Shown: piece after piece, positions 57,877 to 64,000 of the stretch
How positions within the stretch are numbered: position 1 is the stretch's first letter
How the letters are laid out: every line of letters starts with the position of its first letter
Source of the DNA: Candidatus Eiseniibacteriota bacterium
GTDB taxonomy: Bacteria; Eisenbacteria; RBG-16-71-46; JABDJR01
Assembly: GCA_963783375.1 (NCBI GenBank)
Contig: CAWANH010000028.1
Coordinates: forward strand, 1,976,327 to 2,040,326
Length of the DNA: 64,000 bases
Direction: 5' to 3'
Notes under the pieces: generated by a model
Database searches by the model: none
What the model saw: only the letters and a program-made list of their open reading frames with translations
What the model was told of the DNA's origin: nothing
Program-made: the position numbers and the translations under genes

Positions 57877-58569
57877 CTACTCAGCCCCATAGAGCGCCTT
57901 GATCGAACCCCACGTCGCGGGAATGGTCGGGGTGACGCAGTGATCGAACTCCAGCAACACGTCGTCGAAGTAGGCCGGACTGCCGCCGGCGGTGGAGTTG
58001 ACCAGGAACACCTGAGCCAGGATCCACTGCGTGTCGGCAGGGATCTGAACGCAATCCAGAGACACCTGCTCCCAGGTATCCGAATCGGTGTCGAGCACGA
58101 TGAAGGTGTTGATCAGCAGGGTCTCGGTGGGCCAGCCATTCGCGCTGTTGTAGGTTCTGATGTCCACCCCCACCGTCACCCCCGGCGCCGTGGCGCAGGT
58201 GTTGGCCCACGCGCTGAGGTTCACCGTGGTGGGGGGCCCGGACGAGACGTCGACCGCCTGCCAGGCCTGGCTGTAGGACCCCCCCCCCGTCCCGAGGCTG
58301 AGCAGGTAGGGATTGCTCCGCGGCGCGGTGCCGCAGGTGGTGGTGCTGTCGATGGAAGCGTCCTCGGCGCCCCAGAAGCCGGCTTGGAAGGGAGGGCCAA
58401 CGACGGTGCCGAAATTGCCCACCACTCCGGTCGGACCGGAATCGAAGCCGGGGTTCACGAGTTGCGCGCCGGCTACGCCGGTCATCCCCAGGAGGACCGA
58501 CAGGACGAGGGGAACCATGAGCCACGTGGCGGGTACGCGCCGGAGCGGAGGACGGGAAGCCAATCGCAT
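57877..58569 (-). CDS. Secreted CBM4/9-like hypothetical protein with C-terminal TWGxxKxxY motif
   Basis: Signal peptide (AGA-Q), LVNPGFD start, AYFDDVLL end strand, ends VTPTIPATWGSIKALYGAE. Start uncertain (ATG 58569 or GTG 58590). Confidence 0.75.
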   Translation of the reverse strand: MRLASRPPLRRVPATWLMVPLVLSVLLGMTGVAGAQLVNPGFDSGPTGVVGNFGTVVGPPFQAGFWGAEDASIDSTTTCGTAPRSNPYLLSLGTGGGSYSQAWQAVDVSSGPPTTVNLSAWANTCATAPGVTVGVDIRTYNSANGWPTETLLINTFIVLDTDSDTWEQVSLDCVQIPADTQWILAQVFLVNSTAGGSPAYFDDVLLEFDHCVTPTIPATWGSIKALYGAE

Positions 58570-58962
58570 GTTGCGGACCTTCCCGGTCACCGATTACCGC
58601 ATGGACCCAGGCGGCACCGGGACCTGAGTGTGGGTGAAGAGCGCCACCGCGGGGATGCGGCGCGTGTCTCGACCCCTGGTTTGGAGGTACCTGAAGAGTT
58701 GCCCCCGCCGATCGATGCTCGACAGGGGCGAGAGTCGCTGGGCTACGGAGATCCTGATCGATCTCGAGTCGGCCGATTGCCGGGCCAAGGCGACCGCGGG
58801 AGAATATCAGGGGGGGCGGACGGCAATCAATCGTCATTTTATATTTCTTGCCTGACATCGTCACTCGAGGGGGCGAAGTTCTGCCGAATCGCGGTCCGCG
58901 TACCCGTATCGCGACCAAGCCCCGCCTGATTGCCAGTCTGCATGGGTGCCGGCACATACCGA

Positions 58963-58991
58963 TTGAGCAGGTAGCTTGGGTATGCTAACGT
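58963..58991 (+). promoter_or_regulatory. Putative sigma70 promoter of tRNA-Cys
   Basis: TTGAGC-17 nt-TAACGT with a TG extension. Confidence 0.45.
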
Positions 58992-59009
58992 GTTCTGCCC
59001 ACTACAGAA

Positions 59010-59085
59010 GGCGCCATACCCAAGTGGCTAAGGGGACGGTCTGCAAAACCGTTATGCGGCGGTTCGAATCCGCCTGGCGCCTCCA
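59010..59085 (+). tRNA. tRNA-Cys(GCA)
   Basis: Acceptor stem GGCGCCA/TGGCGCC, anticodon arm ACGGT-CTGCAAA-ACCGT, T arm GGCGG-TTCGAAT-CCGCC, discriminator T, encoded CCA. Confidence 0.96.
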
Positions 59086-59345
59086 GCCTATCTTTCTGGT
59101 TCTGCGCAAGATACGTGATCCGAACGATGTGACCGGGGCCCGAGGGGGCACCGGTCACATCTGCGTTTGGGGGCTACGGGTTTGTACTGGAACCTGCGCC
59201 CACGGGTGCCTCTGCGTGGCCGTGGGGCCAGGGGGTTGGGGCAACTGGGTCAAGACCGGCCGGGCAGGTTTGGTGGTCCCCGGAAATGGTTGATGAAAGA
59301 AACGTCTGGCGTTACATTCGCCAAGTAAATCCGGGAGATCCGAGT

Positions 59346-60128
59346 ATGGACATTGCCGATTTCGTCGACCAGCTGGCAGCGAGCGGGAGGTATCACTTCA
59401 CGACGGCTGACGCCGTCGCCGCTCTGGGCGCATCTCCGGTCTCGGTGCGGGCCGCGATCCGTAGGCTTCGGGACAAAGGGCGAGTGGCGATGCCGCACCG
59501 AGGATTCCACGTCATCGTTCCGCCCGAATACCGGAGCCTAGGGTGCTTGCCGGCGGACCATTTCGTTCCACAACTCATGGAGCACCTTGGGTTGGTCTAC
59601 TACGTGGGGCTGCTCTCGGCGGCAAGCCTGCACGGCGCAGCACATCAAGCGCCCATGGTGTTTCAGACCGTCGTGGCGGCGAACCGGCCTCAGATCCGGT
59701 GCGGTCGCGTGCGCGCTGAGTTTGTGGCCAGACGCAATGTGGCCGAGATCCCCGTCGTGCAGAAGAACACGTTGCGTGGCGCCATGCATGTGTCGACCCC
59801 GGAAGCGACGGCCTTCGACCTGGCCGGATACCCTGGGCACGCGGGCGGCCTTTCCAATGTGGTGACCGTGCTTGCCGAGCTTGCGGAGAGCATGGACCCG
59901 GCGAAGCTGCTCGCGGAGACCGAACACTCGCCGTTGCCCTGGGTTCAGCGTCTGGGTTACTTGCTCGAGCAAGCCGGCGCCGAGAACGTAGCTATGCCAC
60001 TGGTTGAACATGTGGCGTCGCGGGCGAAGGAGTACGTGCCGCTTCGCCCCAGGAAGTCCGTTTCAAGAGCATCGCGCGACTCGCGGTGGCGGGTTCTGGT
60101 GAATGAAGCGGTCGAGGCGGATCTATGA
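59346..60128 (+). CDS. Type IV toxin-antitoxin AbiEi-family antitoxin
   Basis: N-terminal wHTH (GRYHFT...AIRRL), VIVPPEY, YYVGLLSAASLHGAAHQAP, VSTPEATAFDL. Confidence 0.85.
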   Translation: MDIADFVDQLAASGRYHFTTADAVAALGASPVSVRAAIRRLRDKGRVAMPHRGFHVIVPPEYRSLGCLPADHFVPQLMEHLGLVYYVGLLSAASLHGAAHQAPMVFQTVVAANRPQIRCGRVRAEFVARRNVAEIPVVQKNTLRGAMHVSTPEATAFDLAGYPGHAGGLSNVVTVLAELAESMDPAKLLAETEHSPLPWVQRLGYLLEQAGAENVAMPLVEHVASRAKEYVPLRPRKSVSRASRDSRWRVLVNEAVEADL

Positions 60129-60943
60129 TCCCGTTCGACTACATCACCGAATGGCGCGAGCAGGCGCCCTGGGCAAACTCCGCGCAGGTCGAGCAGGACC
60201 TCATCCTCTCCCGAGCTGTAGTCAGCATGTTCGCCGACCCCGACATCACACGGCGCCTCGCCTTCCGTGGCGGGACTGCACTCTACAAGCTGCACCTCCA
60301 GCCACCCGCGCGATACTCGGAGGACATCGATCTCGTTCAGATCAGCGCGGGACCGATCGGCGGCATCCTCGACGCGCTTCGAGGGGCGCTCGATCCATGG
60401 CTTGGCACACCACGGCGTACAAGGAGCGAGGGCCGCATAGACCTCATCTACCGGATGACCTCCGAAGGGGAGCCTCCGACCCCCATGCGATTGAAGGTCG
60501 AGATCAATTCCCGTGAGCACTTCTCGGTGTTCGGTTTCGAAGAACGCGAGTTGGCGGTGCGTTCCCGCTGGTTCACAGGAACCAGCACGGTGACGACCTA
60601 CCCGCTCGACGAGTTGCTGGGGACGAAGTTGCGGGCCCTCTACCAGCGCAGGAAGGGGCGAGACCTCTTCGACCTCTACATCGCCGCCCGCCGGGGGACA
60701 GTCTCCCCGGCGCGGGTGGTCGAGTGCTTCAGGCGCTATCTCGCCCACGACGGCCTGACGGTCTCCCGCGCGGAACTCGAGATGAACCTCCACGAAAAGC
60801 TCTCCGACGATACGTTCCTCTCAGATGTCGTGCCGCTTGTGGCTCCTGACGTCGACTGGACCACGGCAGACGCAGCCCGATACGTGCAGGCAGAGCTCCT
60901 GCCGCTCCTTCCGGGCGAGCCGTGGAAGGGCAGGGCCAAGTAG
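60125..60943 (+). CDS. AbiEii/AbiGii-family nucleotidyltransferase toxin
   Basis: QVEQDL, FRGGTAL, RYSEDID, KLRALYQR.KGRDLFDL. ATGA overlap with the antitoxin. Confidence 0.88.
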   Translation: MIPFDYITEWREQAPWANSAQVEQDLILSRAVVSMFADPDITRRLAFRGGTALYKLHLQPPARYSEDIDLVQISAGPIGGILDALRGALDPWLGTPRRTRSEGRIDLIYRMTSEGEPPTPMRLKVEINSREHFSVFGFEERELAVRSRWFTGTSTVTTYPLDELLGTKLRALYQRRKGRDLFDLYIAARRGTVSPARVVECFRRYLAHDGLTVSRAELEMNLHEKLSDDTFLSDVVPLVAPDVDWTTADAARYVQAELLPLLPGEPWKGRAK

Positions 60944-60962
60944 AGAGGGCGGTGGGTGACTG

Positions 60963-63444
60963 ATGGTTTCGAGGGACAAATTGAAGGCCGAGATCGCCAG
61001 GGAGGAGCAGCGCCTGGCGGACCTCAAGGTCGAAGCAGACGCAGCCGCGATTCGACTGGCCGCACTGCAGAAGCAACTGGCCGCGGAGCTCCGTCGGGTC
61101 AACTGTCGTGCTGCCACGGCCAACCCCTCATCAGGCAGAAGCTCCCGGGACGAACCGTGCGAAGGTTGCGCTATTCCGGTCGCTTTTCCGCGGACGTGAG
61201 GATGTCTTTCCCAGGCGCTGGGAAAACGCGAATTCCGGGAAGTCCGGCTACGCTCCTGCTTGCAGCAACGAATGGGATTACAAGCTGTGCCAGAAGAGAA
61301 CAGCCGGGCATGGCGGTCGGCGCTCGACCTGTGGCAACTGTACCAACCAGGCCTTCATTCCGGTCTCTGACGAGGAAGTCGCCCGGCACCTCCGAGGCGA
61401 CCAAGTCATGGGGGTGTACCCGCTCCTGTCCGACGAGACTTGCTGGTTTCTGGCTGTGGACTTCGACAAGAAGGCCTGGCAGGAGGACGTAGCGGCGTTC
61501 GCAGACACGTGCGATCGACACGCCGTGCCGGTGGCGATCGAGCGATCCCGCTCGGGAAACGGCGCGCATGCCTGGCTTTTCTTCGCGTCGCCGGTCCCGG
61601 CGGTCCTGGCGCGCAAGTTGGGTTGTTTCCTGCTCACCGACACCATGGCGCATCGCCACGAACTGTCCATGGCGTCGTACGATCGGTTGTTCCCCAATCA
61701 GGACACGACGCCCAAAGGTGGTTTTGGCAACCTGATCGCGCTGCCGTTGCAACGTGGGCCGCGCGAAGCGGGGAACTCGGTGTTCGTAGACCGTTCGTTC
61801 AACCCGTGGCCAGACCAGTGGGCGTTTCTGGCTCAGGTGAGGCGAATCGATCCGGGCTTTGCGCGCGGTCTTGCCGAGGAAGCGGATCGCAGCGGACAGG
61901 TGGTCGGGGTGCGCGCGATCGACATGGCAGAAGATCACGACCGGATGCCGTGGAGACGGCTACCCTCCAGGCGGCCGCCGAAGCCCGTGATCATCGGGCC
62001 TGTGCCGTCCGCGGTGGATGCAGTGCTCAGCCAGCGTCTCTTCATCGAGAAAGTCGGTCTGCCCCCGGCTCTTATCAACCAACTCAGGCGGCTGGCGGCA
62101 TTTCAGAACCCCGAGTTCTACAAAAAACAGAGCATGCGGTTGTCCACCGCGCTCACCCCGAGGGTGATCGCCTGCTCGGAGGATCTTCCAGATCACGTTG
62201 CGCTCCCTCGGGGGTGTCTGCCCGAGGCGGAAGCAGTGCTCAACGAGCATGGGATCAAGTTCATAGTCAGGGACGAGCGGGAGAGTGGTGAGCCAATCGA
62301 CTTCGAATTCCGCGGGGACCTGACTCCTCTACAGAGGCGAGCGGTCGATGCACTGATGCCTCACGACACCGGCGTGTTGGTCGCCCCGCCCGGGGTGGGG
62401 AAGACCGTGATCGGCACGTACCTTGTTGCCGCCCGGAAGGCGAGCACCCTCATCTTGGTTCATCGTAAGCCCTTGCTTGATCAGTGGATCAGCCAGCTCG
62501 CTCTGTTTCTCGGGCTGGAGCCCAAGGAGATCGGCCGTATCGGCGCGGGGAAGGCCAAGCCCAACGGTCGCCTCGATGTAGCCATGGTGCAGAGCCTGGT
62601 CCGAAAGGGAACGGTCTCCGATTCCATCGCGGGATATGGCCAGGTTGTCCTTGACGAAGCTCACCATTGTCCTGCCGTCAGCTTCGAGCGCGTTCTGGCA
62701 GAGGTGAAAGCGAAGTTCGTGGTCGGCCTGACGGCAACGCCGGAAAGACGTGATGGGCATCATCCGATCCTGAACATGCAGATCGGGCCGGTGCGGTTCT
62801 CGGTCGATTCGAAGAGCCGAGCGGCCCAGCGCCCATTCGACCACACGCTCGTCCTGCGGGAGACGAGTTTCTCCTGTGCTGAGAGGTCGGGCAACCCGGG
62901 GATTCAGGATCTCTACGCCCTTCTGGCATCTGATCAGGCTCGCAATGACCTCATCTTTGAAGACGTCGCGCGGGTTGTCGAGGAAAAGAGGTATCCGATT
63001 CTGCTGACGGAACGGCGAGATCATCTGGAGTACTTCGCCGATCGGCTTCAAGACCTCACGAAGCACGTGGTCGTGCTCCATGGTGGCGTGAAGCCCAAGG
63101 ATCGAAGAGACAGGATCTCCCAGCTCACGGCGATGCCTGACGGCGAACAGCGGATTCTCATCGCCACAGGGCGCTACATCGGTGAGGGCTTTGACGACGC
63201 TCGGCTCGATACGTTGTTTCTCATGCTGCCCGTGTCTTGGAAGGGGACGCTCATTCAGTACACGGGGCGCTTGCACCGTCTGCACCCAAGCAAACATGAG
63301 GTGCGGATCTACGACTATGTGGACCGGGCGGTGCCCATGCTGATGAGGATGTTCGAGAAGCGTCTTCGAGGCTACCGAGCGATCGGCTACGCGCCAGGGG
63401 GAATGCCCCCGGGAGCTTTGTTCCAGGACCCGGGAGGAAGTTGA
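60963..63444 (+). CDS. Archaeo-eukaryotic primase (TOTE-type) fused to SF2 DEAD/DEAH helicase; probable frameshift near 61089
   Basis: Coiled-coil N-terminus in ORF 60963, rest in ORF 61108..63444. AEP motifs FLAVDFD, ERSRSGNGAH, GNLIALPLQ. Helicase motifs APPGVGKT, DEAHH, LTATP, GEGFD, QYTGRLHR. Confidence 0.8.
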
Positions 63445-63616
63445 CCCGCCGGAGGAGGTGGGCCGTCAGAGTTGCCAGGCCGAGAATGGGGTTCGGTGGC
63501 CATCGCGGCGACCTCGGATGCCCTCAGGCGAGTTGCTGTTCAGCGCAGGAATCGACAAGAAACCTGTGAGAAACCGCGCTGAACAACAACGGCAGGTGCC
63601 CTGCCGCGCGCCCGGC

Positions 63617-63639
63617 GGTGGCACGGGTGGCACGGGTGG
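63617..63639. repeat. Short 9-bp tandem repeat (GGTGGCACG x2.5)
   Basis: GGTGGCACG-GGTGGCACG-GGTGG. Confidence 0.6.
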
Positions 63640-64000
63640 TAACTTGTTTCGGAAGTCTGCGACGACTCGAAAACCGGGGTCGCCGGCACCCCCCGCGCGT
63701 CGCCGCCAAAGTACCTAAAGCACCTCCAGGCGTACACGGCCCCATCGCACACTCCCCGCTTCTGACCCGCAACGCTATGGGCAAGAATCACTTATAGGGA
63801 CGGCAAGCCTTGGGCTTCGTCGGTTCCCGGCTCCCTCAGTGATCTGCTGGCGTGTCCCCACTTCTGCCCGCCGCACCCCCTTTGTCCGGTAGGGGAGTGT
63901 TACACCGTGCCAGGTTCAAGGAGGGTTCCGTCTGGACCACCAGTCCTGTGACGCCGAGACGCGTGGGGACCTGACCCGAACCCGAAGAGCCGTGAGATTC

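Larger units (their letters stand above)
59086..64000. mobile_element. Probable genomic/defence island adjacent to tRNA-Cys (far end outside window)
   Basis: Starts at the tRNA 3' end; visibly more A/T-ending codons (not computed); TA and primase-helicase cargo. No integrase or att repeat seen in the window. Confidence 0.5.

Noticed and set aside
58600-58860. Riboswitch in the long leader of the 57877 gene (CTCTTCAGG, some pairing)
   Set aside because: Only a partial resemblance to the glycine riboswitch core; other conserved elements not found. An Rfam/Infernal scan would be needed.
59086-59345. Integrase or att duplication next to tRNA-Cys
   Set aside because: No recombinase ORF and no second copy of the tRNA 3' end seen within the window.

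Overview
This is a high-GC bacterial window. T9SS/FlgD-like C-terminal domains, a PorV-family barrel and C-terminal TWGxxKxxY motifs suggest an FCB-related candidate lineage such as Eisenbacteria, Krumholzibacteriota or Latescibacterota (inference). Contents in order: (1) a PUL-like cluster of CBM9-like protein, TonB-dependent receptor, large secreted protein, PorV-like barrel and GH144 glucanase; (2) a P-loop protein and a B12 radical SAM enzyme; (3) a cluster of OPT transporter, HAD/ECH, thiolase and iorAB; (4) MarR/NmrA; (5) two divergent giant Ser/Thr kinase-STAND ATPases; (6) an S46 peptidase and a PEP-CTERM protein; (7) a complete reductive pyrimidine catabolism operon ending in cystathionine beta-synthase; (8) TlpA-DUF4266-DUF3570-ApbE and envelope proteins; (9) tRNA-Cys followed by an AbiE toxin-antitoxin pair and an AEP primase-helicase. 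The standout is a gene at 34914-34348 (-) that the ORF track truncates. It has an in-frame UGA immediately followed by a SECIS-like hairpin with a GGUC loop. Read-through gives a 188-aa secreted CBM6/35-like candidate selenoprotein that ends in the same TWGxxKxxY motif as three other secreted proteins here. Five genes carry single-base frameshifts that are probably assembly errors. Family assignments come from motif recognition, not database searches.
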